From: a virus
Lineage: Duplodnaviria > Caudoviricetes
DNA length: 25,209 bases
Virus record (IMG/VR): IMGVR_UViG_3300048591_000573
Coordinates: 1 to 25,209 of that record
Strand: one strand, 5' to 3'
Positions within the stretch are counted from its first letter, which is position 1. Each line of letters starts with the position of its first letter. Below, in pieces: positions 7,628 through 15,014 of this stretch. The position numbers and the translations under genes are program-made. Under the pieces are notes generated by a model that was not told the DNA's origin, made no database searches, and worked only from the letters and a program-made list of their open reading frames with translations.

Positions 7628-7975
7628 TCACGACCCAGCCCACTCGGAGAACTGCGCGAACAGCACCTTCGCCTCGGTCTGCGACAGCGCCACCACGTCG
7701 TCGCCCTGGTTGACCTGCAGGCAGCCGTTCTCGATCCACGCTTCGAGACCAAGCCCCGGCGCGATCGATAGCGCGGGGCCGGCGGTCAGGCCGGTGTCTG
7801 GCGGCGCTTCGGGCGCGGGCTCGGCTTTCGCCTTCGTCACGCGCTTACCCCCCCCCGATTTCTTTTGGAACGACGCCGAGAAGCACGCCTTGCAGGTCTT
7901 CGACGGCTTGCCGCCGCGGACCACCATGTCGTCGGCGCCCTTCGCCTCGCCGCAGCGCTGGCAGGTGTGACTCAC
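7628..7975 (-). CDS. Hypothetical protein with an N-terminal zinc finger (CxxC...CxxC)
   Basis: CQRC...CKAC; overlapping start and stop within the leftward operon. Confidence 0.7.
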   Translation of the reverse strand: MSHTCQRCGEAKGADDMVVRGGKPSKTCKACFSASFQKKSGGGKRVTKAKAEPAPEAPPDTGLTAGPALSIAPGLGLEAWIENGCLQVNQGDDVVALSQTEAKVLFAQFSEWAGS

Positions 7976-8196
7976 GCGACACCCCGCGGCATCGGGTGGA
8001 TGACCAGCCCGTGCACCTGGTCCGATGAGATCGTCAGCCCGTGGCTGGCCAGCGCCTCGACGAGGGTCGTGATCGGCACGTCGTCGCGGACCGCCGCGCG
8101 CATGTGCGAGACGACCGGCAGTTCGAGCTTCGGCGCCACCTGGACGGGTCGCAGGTCAGCGCGCCGCCGGCGCCACAGCGGAATGACGTTCTTCAT
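7972..8196 (-). CDS. Hypothetical early protein
   Basis: Coupled overlaps at both ends; GGAG RBS upstream. Confidence 0.65.
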   Translation of the reverse strand: MKNVIPLWRRRRADLRPVQVAPKLELPVVSHMRAAVRDDVPITTLVEALASHGLTISSDQVHGLVIHPMPRGVA

Positions 8197-8399
8197 CGGG
8201 TGCTCCTGGCCATCGCACGACGGCCGCGGGTGTTGCGGTGGAGGTTGTAGAACTGCCGCTGGTGGCGCGGCTGCATCAGGCCCCGGACGAGCCAGAGACC
8301 GCCGATCAGGGCGCCGAGAAACAGCGCCAGCACCATGACCAGCATCCCCCAGCCGGCGATGTCGCCGAGCACCATCGAGATCCTGTCGTATTCGTTCAT
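8193..8399 (-). CDS. Small single-pass membrane protein
   Basis: Long hydrophobic stretch and basic tail; coupled to neighbouring genes. Confidence 0.65.
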   Translation of the reverse strand: MNEYDRISMVLGDIAGWGMLVMVLALFLGALIGGLWLVRGLMQPRHQRQFYNLHRNTRGRRAMARSTR

Positions 8400-8611
8400 C
8401 AGGCAGCCCTCGTGTAGGTCAGGTCGGCGAGCTCGTCGACGATGGCGGCAAGCTCGAGGAAGGCCCGCAGCCGGGCCCGGGGATCCCGCGCGGCGATCGC
8501 TTCCTCCAGCGCATCGGCACGGCCGCGCAGGCGCGACAGTGCGTTCAGCGCCTGACCCATGCGCGGGTCACTGGCGGCGGCGACTTGGGCGGTGGTGAGT
8601 GAGGTCGTCAT
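8399..8611 (-). CDS. Hypothetical protein, first gene of the pL operon
   Basis: ATG lies 8 nt downstream of the pL -10 box; TGATG coupling to the next gene. Confidence 0.65.
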   Translation of the reverse strand: MTTSLTTAQVAAASDPRMGQALNALSRLRGRADALEEAIAARDPRARLRAFLELAAIVDELADLTYTRAA

Positions 8612-8619
8612 GGGGCGGG

Positions 8620-8661
8620 ACGTTACGCTTTCCCGTAATCCATGTCAACGGGATACCGTAA
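8620..8661 (-). promoter_or_regulatory. pL promoter with two operators
   Basis: On the minus strand TTGACA (8648-8643), 17 bp, TAACGT (8625-8620). Operators TTACGCTTTCCCGTAA (8623-8638) and CAACGGGATACCGTAA (8646-8661). Near-identical to the pR block. Confidence 0.85.
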
Positions 8662-8700
8662 TCCCGGGACGCACGTCACAGCGGGGCGATCAGCCGCCTG

Positions 8701-9207
8701 TCAGCGATGCTTGTAGAGGTGCTTGGTCTCGAGCCCGCTTCGGCCGGCGCACTCGCGGTTCCAGACCGCGGTGAAGCCCGGATCGTTGCTGCTCAAAGCC
8801 TTCGTCTGCGCGGCGTTCAGGACCGCCTGCTCGACGTTGATGCCGCCGAATCCGTTCTCGGCCCGGTACACCGCGCAGACCGCGCCGGCCTCGGTCACCA
8901 AGACGCTTTCGGCCTCGAAGCTGTCCGGGTTGCGCAGCGATTTCTTGATCGCGAGCACCAGAGTTTGTGAGCGAATCGATTTCTCGCGGGAGGCCGCGTC
9001 CTCGGCGCGCTCGGCGGGCGTCGCTGGCGCTTCGTCCTGTGACAGGTTGCCAAACATGATCGAGCTGATCAGTACTGCGCCGAAGATGACGACGGTCGCG
9101 CCCAGGCAGCCAACGTTGCGGGCCTTGATCGGTGCCCCGCACTTCGGGCACGCGCTCGCCTTGCTGCTGACTTCCGTCGAGCATTCCTTGCACTTGATCA
9201 TTGCCAT
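8701..9207 (-). CDS. Zinc-ribbon membrane protein co-transcribed with the repressor
   Basis: MAMIKCKEC..VS..A..CPKCGAP zinc ribbon, one TM helix and a likely periplasmic domain with two Cys; starts 4 nt after the repressor stop. Confidence 0.8.
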   Translation of the reverse strand: MAMIKCKECSTEVSSKASACPKCGAPIKARNVGCLGATVVIFGAVLISSIMFGNLSQDEAPATPAERAEDAASREKSIRSQTLVLAIKKSLRNPDSFEAESVLVTEAGAVCAVYRAENGFGGINVEQAVLNAAQTKALSSNDPGFTAVWNRECAGRSGLETKHLYKHR

Positions 9208-9211
9208 GGCG

Positions 9212-9664
9212 TCATCCTTGGTGTTTCGGCGGTTGGTTCGGCTTCCCGTCTTTTTTCGATCGCTTCCGTCGAACCTGCTCGGCCACCAGCAACATCACCT
9301 GCTCGCGCACCAGGCTGCGAGCTGGCTCGTCGAGCTTGCCCCATTCAATTCCAAACTCCACTTCCTCGGGTGTCGTCTGCATTCCGTGCACTGTGTACTG
9401 AGGTTTTGCTTCGGCCACGCCCCGGCTGGGAGTGACTTCGGATAGTAGCCGCGGCAGGCGTCCCGTCTCTACGTACTCGACGCGCAGATTGAGGTGCTTG
9501 CACAGCGCGTGCATCCGGGTCGATCCGCGCTGCCTGCCGTTTTCGATTTCGTAGAGCGTCGAGACGCCGAGCCCAACATGCTGCGCGACATCCTTCACGC
9601 TCAGCTTGAGTTCCTCCCGGCGACTTCGTAATCGCTGGCCGGGGCTATCCGCGTATTTGCTCAT
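9212..9664 (-). CDS. cI: CI-like repressor (Xre/HTH_3), without an S24 peptidase domain
   Basis: GQRLRSRREELKLSVKDVAQHVGLGVSTLYEIENG HTH; divergent from cro across the operators; start ATG 9664. Confidence 0.85.
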   Translation of the reverse strand: MSKYADSPGQRLRSRREELKLSVKDVAQHVGLGVSTLYEIENGRQRGSTRMHALCKHLNLRVEYVETGRLPRLLSEVTPSRGVAEAKPQYTVHGMQTTPEEVEFGIEWGKLDEPARSLVREQVMLLVAEQVRRKRSKKDGKPNQPPKHQG

Positions 9665-9670
9665 GGCGAC

Positions 9671-9729
9671 GTTATAACGGCAGACCGTAACGGTATGCCG
9701 TTGACAGGCATTACGGGAAAGCGTAATTT
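9671..9729. promoter_or_regulatory. pR/pRM divergent switch with three operators
   Basis: pR: TTGACA 9701-9706, 17 bp, TAATTT 9724-9729. pRM -10 TATAAC on the minus strand at 9676-9671. Operators with an ACG-N6-CGT dyad at 9675-9690, 9688-9703 and 9711-9726. Confidence 0.85.
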
Positions 9730-9737
9730 CTCCGGCC

Positions 9738-9944
9738 ATGACCACCTGGGCATCCCGAATTCAAGATCTCAAGGACCATGGCCTGACACTCGCCGAGATC
9801 GGCGAACTCGTGGGCCTGGCGACATCCTCGGTCGGCGACCTGGCCACCGGCCGCACGGAATCGCCGCGAGGAGAAGCGGCGCTGAAATTGCACGATCTGC
9901 ACCGACAGCGGTGCAAGAAGACCGCCAAGGCATCGGCGGCTTGA
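9738..9944 (+). CDS. cro: Cro-like HTH repressor
   Basis: 68 aa; GLTLAEIGELVGLATSSVGDLATGRT..P HTH; first gene of pR. Confidence 0.85.
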   Translation: MTTWASRIQDLKDHGLTLAEIGELVGLATSSVGDLATGRTESPRGEAALKLHDLHRQRCKKTAKASAA

Positions 9945-9948
9945 TCGT

Positions 9949-10170
9949 ATGAGCCTCGAGCGCCAGGACATCCGCGCGAAGCTGGATCCCGACGACCATC
10001 GCGCGCTCGTCGCCATCTGCAACATCGACGGTCTGACGATCGCCGAGTTCATAGAGCGAACGGTCGTTCCGGTGATTCGTAAGCGAGTCCATGACGCCAA
10101 CGTACTCGCCCACGATTTCCCTATCCCGGGAATTTCAGGGAATGGCCGGGAATGCAGGAGGTCGGGGTGA
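9949..10170 (+). CDS. Small putative regulator at the cII position
   Basis: MSLERQDIRAKLDPD.H..L pattern (ribbon-helix-helix-like); follows cro. Confidence 0.65.
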   Translation: MSLERQDIRAKLDPDDHRALVAICNIDGLTIAEFIERTVVPVIRKRVHDANVLAHDFPIPGISGNGRECRRSG

Positions 10171-10964
10171 GCGTCATAACGCAGGGGCAGGGCGACTGGA
10201 CCGAGCATAAGCAGCGCGGCATCGGCGCCGCATGTGCGGTCAGTCTTTCGATCTTCCGGGCGAAATTCGGTGCAAGCCGGTGGCGTTACTGGCACTTCGA
10301 TCTGAATGCCGGCACGGGCTTTAACGATCAAGCGCACTGCATCGGCAGCCCGATCGCGTTCCTGCGTCAGGCCTCAGCGTGCGGCGTCGGAAACTTCCAA
10401 GCGCACTTCGTCGATATTCAGGCGACGTCCTGCGCCCAGCTGATGATCCGGCCCGAGCTCGTCAACGAGCCGCGCGCATTCGTACACCACGGCGACAACC
10501 GGGAGTTCGTGCTGGCGATCCCGGAGATCCTGCGGCGCTATCGGGATAAGGCCAGCTATGCGATGGGCACTGTCCTAGTCGACCCGAATGACAGTCGAGT
10601 CCCGCTCGCCGAGCTCGAGACGCTGTCGAAGCAGTGTCCGCGGCTCGATCTGATCATCAACTGGAATTCCACAGCGCCTAAGCGAGTGAACGGCGCGGCT
10701 GCAAAAGGTCTCGCGGATCCAATGCCGACCTTGGCCGAGGTCATCGAACGATCGGGAAAAAGCTCCTGGCTGATTCGAGAACCGATCGGCGGCGCACATG
10801 GATTCACGCTCCTCGTCGGCCGGAACTGCCGCGTCGGCGATCACAAGGTCATGGGCTTTCATCACCTCGACAGCCCGAAGGGCCGGGCGATTTTCGAGGA
10901 CTGCCACTTCACTCGGGCGCAACTCGCTGACATAGCGCGCGGGCGCCAGGCGTCGCTGCTGTGA
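10167..10964 (+). CDS. tcmP: TcmP-like (three-Cys-motif partner) Rossmann-fold methyltransferase-like protein
   Basis: WT.HK, FDLNAGTG, GSP, FVD, GDN, VDP and DLIIN motifs in TcmP order; AGGAGG RBS with GTG 10167; next to a DUF5131 gene. Confidence 0.75.
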   Translation: MSVITQGQGDWTEHKQRGIGAACAVSLSIFRAKFGASRWRYWHFDLNAGTGFNDQAHCIGSPIAFLRQASACGVGNFQAHFVDIQATSCAQLMIRPELVNEPRAFVHHGDNREFVLAIPEILRRYRDKASYAMGTVLVDPNDSRVPLAELETLSKQCPRLDLIINWNSTAPKRVNGAAAKGLADPMPTLAEVIERSGKSSWLIREPIGGAHGFTLLVGRNCRVGDHKVMGFHHLDSPKGRAIFEDCHFTRAQLADIARGRQASLL

Positions 10965-11200
10965 AGCACTTCCACACATACCCGGAGTACCTGGCGCACC
11001 CGGTCTTTCTGGCGATGCGCGAGACCCGAATCAGGCTCGCTCGTGGGATCTGCGAGGGCTGCGGCGAGCATCCCGTCACGGAGGTCCATCACGTCGAGTA
11101 CCCGAAACCGTGGGGCGCGTTCGACACGCCTTCAAACATCAGAGCCGTCTGTCATGAATGCCATTGCGAAGAACATCGTCAGCATCGACTCCAAGACTGA
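10961..11200 (+). CDS. Small HNH endonuclease
   Basis: CEGCG....EVHH..Y.......NI.AVCHECH...H; GTGA coupling to the upstream gene. Confidence 0.8.
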   Translation: MKHFHTYPEYLAHPVFLAMRETRIRLARGICEGCGEHPVTEVHHVEYPKPWGAFDTPSNIRAVCHECHCEEHRQHRLQD

Positions 11201-12470
11201 CCTGCTCCCTGCGGACTCGCGGGAGGCCGTCGAGCTGATCGAGCGCGAGGGGCGCATCGAGCGTGCGCAGCGAAACGCCTATTACGAGATCGGACTTGAG
11301 CTCGCCGCGATCCGCGACCGTAAGCTCTACAAGACTGACTTCGACACATTTGAGGAGTACGTCGAGCAGCGGTGGGAGTGGAAGCAGTCACGCGCATACC
11401 AACTCATTGAGGCTGCGGCCTTCGCGAAAAGACTTTCCACAATTGTGGAAGTTTCGCCCCAGCGCGAATCGCACATCCGCCCGCTGCTCGAGCGGCTGGA
11501 ATCGGACGTGGAGCGAGCTGCAGTCTGGCAGCAGGTGGTCACGCAGGCGAGCGGCGCCAGGATCACCGCGAAACTGGTCGACGACGCAATCGAGCGGCAC
11601 CTAGCCGTGAAGTCGCAGGATTGGATCACGCTCGACAAATGGAAGTCGCTGGAGCCTGCCGATCGCGAATCGGCGCTGGCCTACGTTGGCGACCGCAAGT
11701 TCAACGAGCAGGACAACAGCAGCATCGAATGGGCGCGCTGGTCGTGGAATCCGATCACCGGCTGCAAGCATGACTGTCCGTACTGCTACGCGCGAGACAT
11801 CGCCGAGCGGTTCTACCCGCAGAAGTTTGAGCCGAGCCTGTATCCGTCGCGATTGAGCGCCCCTGCGAATACCCAAGTGCCGGCCCGCGCCGTATCGGAC
11901 ATCAGCTACAAAAACGTCTTCACCTGCTCCATGGCCGATCTGTTCGGGCGATGGGTGCCGCAAGACTGGATCGCCGCGGTCCTGAGTTCGATCCACCAGG
12001 CGCCGCAGTGGAATTTCCTGCTGCTGACAAAGTTCCCGAAGCGCATGAGCGAGTTCGCGTATCCAGAAAACGCTTGGCTCGGGACATCCGTCGACCTGCA
12101 GGTGCGAGTCAACAACGCAGAGAAGGCAATGGCGAACGTCGAGGCGGGTGTTCGCTGGCTGTCGATCGAGCCGCTGATCGAGCCGCTGTCGTTCAAGAAC
12201 CCTGGGCTCTTCCAGTGGGTAGTGATTGGCGGCGCCAGTCGCTCCACTCAAACGCCCGCCTGGGAGCCGCCGTTCGAGTGGATCGCGCGGCTTTACTGCC
12301 AGTTCAAGGACGCGGGAGCACGGGTCTACCTGAAGGACAACGTCGGATTTGACGGGCCAAACCGTCCGAAAGGATTTCCCACATGGGCAGACCCTGACGC
12401 GCGAAGTGCAGCCGATGTCATGCACTACCTGCGAAACGCGAAGGACGCCGACAGAAAGGCGGAGGGCTGA
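11154..12470 (+). CDS. DUF5131 (phage Gp37/Gp68) radical-SAM-motif protein with an N-terminal helical DNA-binding-like domain
   Basis: IEW...SWNPITGC.HDCPYCYA (CxxxCxxC), VF.CSMADLF, LLTK.P, NAWLGTSV, WLSIEPL, WVVIGG, Y.K. The N-terminus has EIG..L..IRD..LY....TFE.Y...RW......AYQLI.AA. Start ATG 11154. Confidence 0.88.
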   Translation: MNAIAKNIVSIDSKTDLLPADSREAVELIEREGRIERAQRNAYYEIGLELAAIRDRKLYKTDFDTFEEYVEQRWEWKQSRAYQLIEAAAFAKRLSTIVEVSPQRESHIRPLLERLESDVERAAVWQQVVTQASGARITAKLVDDAIERHLAVKSQDWITLDKWKSLEPADRESALAYVGDRKFNEQDNSSIEWARWSWNPITGCKHDCPYCYARDIAERFYPQKFEPSLYPSRLSAPANTQVPARAVSDISYKNVFTCSMADLFGRWVPQDWIAAVLSSIHQAPQWNFLLLTKFPKRMSEFAYPENAWLGTSVDLQVRVNNAEKAMANVEAGVRWLSIEPLIEPLSFKNPGLFQWVVIGGASRSTQTPAWEPPFEWIARLYCQFKDAGARVYLKDNVGFDGPNRPKGFPTWADPDARSAADVMHYLRNAKDADRKAEG

Positions 12471-12657
12471 TTTCCGGCCCCTCGCCAAGGGCCTGAACAA
12501 CTGGCGCGAGTGGGGTAATTCGGGCGCTCGTACTCCGGCCCGATAGCGCAACGCGAGAGGTCGTACCGACTCGCTGAGCGCCTGCCACCCCAGTGGGGGT
12601 AGGGGGCGCTTTGCTCAAGGTCCCCCGACTGCATGAAGACAAGAGGGGGAACGATCG
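12471..12657 (+). other. Structured, G-rich non-coding element (candidate origin or ncRNA)
   Basis: This is the only sizeable gap in an otherwise tightly coupled operon. It holds several inverted repeats and GGGGGTAGGGGG at 12595-12606. Confidence 0.4.
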
Positions 12658-12984
12658 ATGGATCTGGAAGGGCTGGGGATCACCGTGAACACGCCGCGAC
12701 TTCGACTCACCGTGCCGCCTGAGTGCGTCCGTGACCTGCAGAAGCTGTTGGCGCTAGAGGCGGACGGATTCCTGCCGGCCTCGCGTGTGCACTACGACGC
12801 CGACGAGGGCGGATTCGTTCTCGAGCTCCACGGCAACGCCGTCGGCCAGGTGCTCGACCTGCTCACGATCGCCACGGACTGCCGCGATGCGGAGACCTGG
12901 GCGGAGCGTGTCGAGCGCGAACGATCGCAACTCAGCCTGACCTTTACCGCCGCGGACGAGCCTCTCGATACGGTCTGGCCATGA
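12658..12984 (+). CDS. Hypothetical protein
   Basis: GAGGGGG RBS; ATGA overlap with the next gene. Confidence 0.65.
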   Translation: MDLEGLGITVNTPRLRLTVPPECVRDLQKLLALEADGFLPASRVHYDADEGGFVLELHGNAVGQVLDLLTIATDCRDAETWAERVERERSQLSLTFTAADEPLDTVWP

Positions 12985-13298
12985 GCTCAAGCGCGGACCT
13001 CTTCAGCCAGGACCTCGTGCAGCCCGATCTGCGAGGGAGCGCTGCCTGGCGTGACATCCCGGATCCGCAGGACCCCAGCAAGACCCTCGAGTGGGTCAAG
13101 GAGTCCTTCTGCGGCCGCTACACGATCACCTGGTCGGCGCGGCCGATTGCGGAGGATCCAGAGGCCAAGATCTTCCTGCTGTGGCGCCGGCACCCGCTGG
13201 TCAACGGTCGCAAACCCACGCCGAGCCTGATCGGCGGGTTCCTGACGGCGAGGGGAGCGCGCCTGGTGGCAGCCGAGCACGCGGATGCCAACCCGTGA
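12981..13298 (+). CDS. Hypothetical protein
   Basis: Coupled overlaps at both ends; GC3-rich codon usage. Confidence 0.65.
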   Translation: MSSSADLFSQDLVQPDLRGSAAWRDIPDPQDPSKTLEWVKESFCGRYTITWSARPIAEDPEAKIFLLWRRHPLVNGRKPTPSLIGGFLTARGARLVAAEHADANP

Positions 13299-13543
13299 AC
13301 CGCCAGAACCCTTACCGGGCACCCTTCGATCGCTGGTGCGACGAGGTGCGCCAGGCACATGCGGCCATGCCGACGAACCGCGAGGGCATGGTGATCAACC
13401 CGAGATACCTGCCAAGCCGTACCGAGCAGCGCGCCATGACGGCCCGCTGGCGCGAGTGGAGCCGGCGCTTCCCGGCCTGGCTGCACCCGACCTGGCTCGA
13501 GGGCTGGTTCGCCGAAGCCTCAGCGGGCGGGCTCACCACATGA
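13295..13543 (+). CDS. Hypothetical Trp/Arg-rich protein
   Basis: GTG start overlapping the upstream TGA; ATGA overlap downstream. Confidence 0.6.
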   Translation: MNRQNPYRAPFDRWCDEVRQAHAAMPTNREGMVINPRYLPSRTEQRAMTARWREWSRRFPAWLHPTWLEGWFAEASAGGLTT

Positions 13544-13905
13544 GCCTGCAGCAGCTCGACTGGCTGGCTGACGCACGCGCCGAGCGCAAGCGCGGCACCA
13601 AGGGATTGCTCACCGATACCCCGCGAGCGCGCCGCAGGGACCCGCAGACGAGCCACCAGGCCGCGGAGGGTATCCGACGCTCAGGCGAACTCGGCAAGCA
13701 GCAGCGCGCCGTCCTGGAGGCCGTACGGGCTCACCCGGGCCGCACCGCCGTGGAGCTCGCGCACCTGGCCGGGCTCGATCGCTATGCCGTGAGCCGGCGC
13801 ACAGCCGAGCTATCGCCGGTGCACATCCGCCGCGGGCCTCCCAGGATCTGCACGGTCAACGGGCGCCCGCAAACGACCTGGTTCATCGTCCACAGGGAGC
13901 CGTGA
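13540..13905 (+). CDS. Winged-helix DNA-binding protein
   Basis: AR..DP.TSH.AA motif followed by VLEAV..HPG.TA.ELA...GLDRY.V.RR..EL, a common phage wHTH family. Confidence 0.8.
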   Translation: MSLQQLDWLADARAERKRGTKGLLTDTPRARRRDPQTSHQAAEGIRRSGELGKQQRAVLEAVRAHPGRTAVELAHLAGLDRYAVSRRTAELSPVHIRRGPPRICTVNGRPQTTWFIVHREP

Positions 13906-14033
13906 TGCAAGACCCCGACCAGCAGGACGACTTCGACAACGGCCGCCGGTTCTTCACCGGCCTGATGAATTCGATCTGGATCACGGCGTCGATCGGCGCC
14001 CTGGCGTGGATGATCTGGCGGATCTTCGCCTGA
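13905..14033 (+). CDS. 42-aa membrane peptide
   Basis: Below the ORF-track cutoff; TGATG coupling at both ends; MQDPDQQDDFDNGRRFFTGLMNSIWITASIGALAWMIWRIFA. Confidence 0.65.
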   Translation: MQDPDQQDDFDNGRRFFTGLMNSIWITASIGALAWMIWRIFA

Positions 14034-14428
14034 TGCGACGCCACCTCGAGGATCAGGAGCAGATCGCGCTGATGCGCTGGGCCGGGCTGGTCCGGGTGGG
14101 CGAGGGCACCCTGGCCGATCTGTTGGCCCACTACCCGGCTGGCGGCTGGCGCAACCCGATCGAGGCCGCCCGGTTCAAGGCGATGGGCGTCAAGGCCGGC
14201 ATTCCCGACATCCTGCTCCCCATGCGCACCGAGACCTACGGCGCCGGCTGGTGGGAGCTCAAGGTCGGCCGCAACAAACCCACCGAGGAGCAGCTGCGCT
14301 GGCATGCCCTGCTGCGCTCCATGGGCCACTACGTGCAGACCTACTGGCACTGGGCCGAGGCCGCGAAGGACATCCTCCGCTACCTCGAGAAGGGCCCGTT
14401 CCCGGTCGTCGTGAGGGCCAAGCTGTGA
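14033..14428 (+). CDS. VRR-NUC domain nuclease
   Basis: E..EQ, H.P.GG.R...EA..FK..GVKAGIPD, ELK.......EQ..W...L...G motifs; located upstream of Q. Confidence 0.88.
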   Translation: MRRHLEDQEQIALMRWAGLVRVGEGTLADLLAHYPAGGWRNPIEAARFKAMGVKAGIPDILLPMRTETYGAGWWELKVGRNKPTEEQLRWHALLRSMGHYVQTYWHWAEAAKDILRYLEKGPFPVVVRAKL

Positions 14429-14634
14429 AATGGTACGGCCGCCCGCCCGCCATCAAGGCCGAGTGTGTCGACGAGCTCCTCCAGCTGCGCGCCACGCTCG
14501 ATTCCCTGCCGTTCCGGGTGCGGATTTGCGGAGCGGACCTCGAGGAGCTGGCCGCCAGATGGGGTGTCAGCGTGCAGACGGCGAGGGACTACCTGGGCAG
14601 CAGGATGCCGAAACGCTTCTGCTCGCGCATATGA
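14425..14634 (+). CDS. Small HTH protein
   Basis: GRPP N-terminus and LEELAARWGVSVQTARDYL HTH; GTGA/ATGA coupling. Confidence 0.7.
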   Translation: MKWYGRPPAIKAECVDELLQLRATLDSLPFRVRICGADLEELAARWGVSVQTARDYLGSRMPKRFCSRI

Positions 14635-15014
14635 CGGTCCGAGACGGCAGCGTCAAGGAATGGCTCGAACCAATGATCGACAGCTGGGTCACGCAGTCGC
14701 GGCATCTGCTGTACGGCAGCGATGGATGGCCACTTCGCACAGTTCTGGCCAGGGTGATCGATGACGGTGCCGGTGCCAGCCACAGCGCGCCGAACCAGCG
14801 TACGTTCGAGGTATATCACCGGGATGGGCTGACGATCCGCCGTGCCATGGAAGGCATGCCATTGCTGCAGCGTCAGGTGTTCGTAGCCCACTACCTCGCC
14901 AGCGGAAATGCGGGTGAGAAAGCCAAGATTCTCGGACTGTCGAAAAGCCGCTATTGGGCTATTCTCGACACCGCCTATTACTACCTCGCCGGCCGCATCG
15001 ACGCGACTGCATGA
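14631..15014 (+). CDS. Late antiterminator Q-like protein
   Basis: W...GWP...L, then I..AM..MP...R.V..AHY.......KA..LG.S...Y...L..A C-terminal HTH; end of the early operon, upstream of a pR'-like promoter. Confidence 0.72.
   Translation: MTVRDGSVKEWLEPMIDSWVTQSRHLLYGSDGWPLRTVLARVIDDGAGASHSAPNQRTFEVYHRDGLTIRRAMEGMPLLQRQVFVAHYLASGNAGEKAKILGLSKSRYWAILDTAYYYLAGRIDATA

Noticed and set aside
7848-7856. C9 homopolymer as a phase-variation tract
   Set aside because: It is in frame (Ser-Gly-Gly-Gly) in a small hypothetical gene, and there is no evidence of length variation without reads.
12349-12642. Short ORFs across the 12471-12657 gap
   Set aside because: They lack an RBS or coupling, have atypical composition and overlap DUF5131 out of frame or antisense, so the gap was treated as non-coding.
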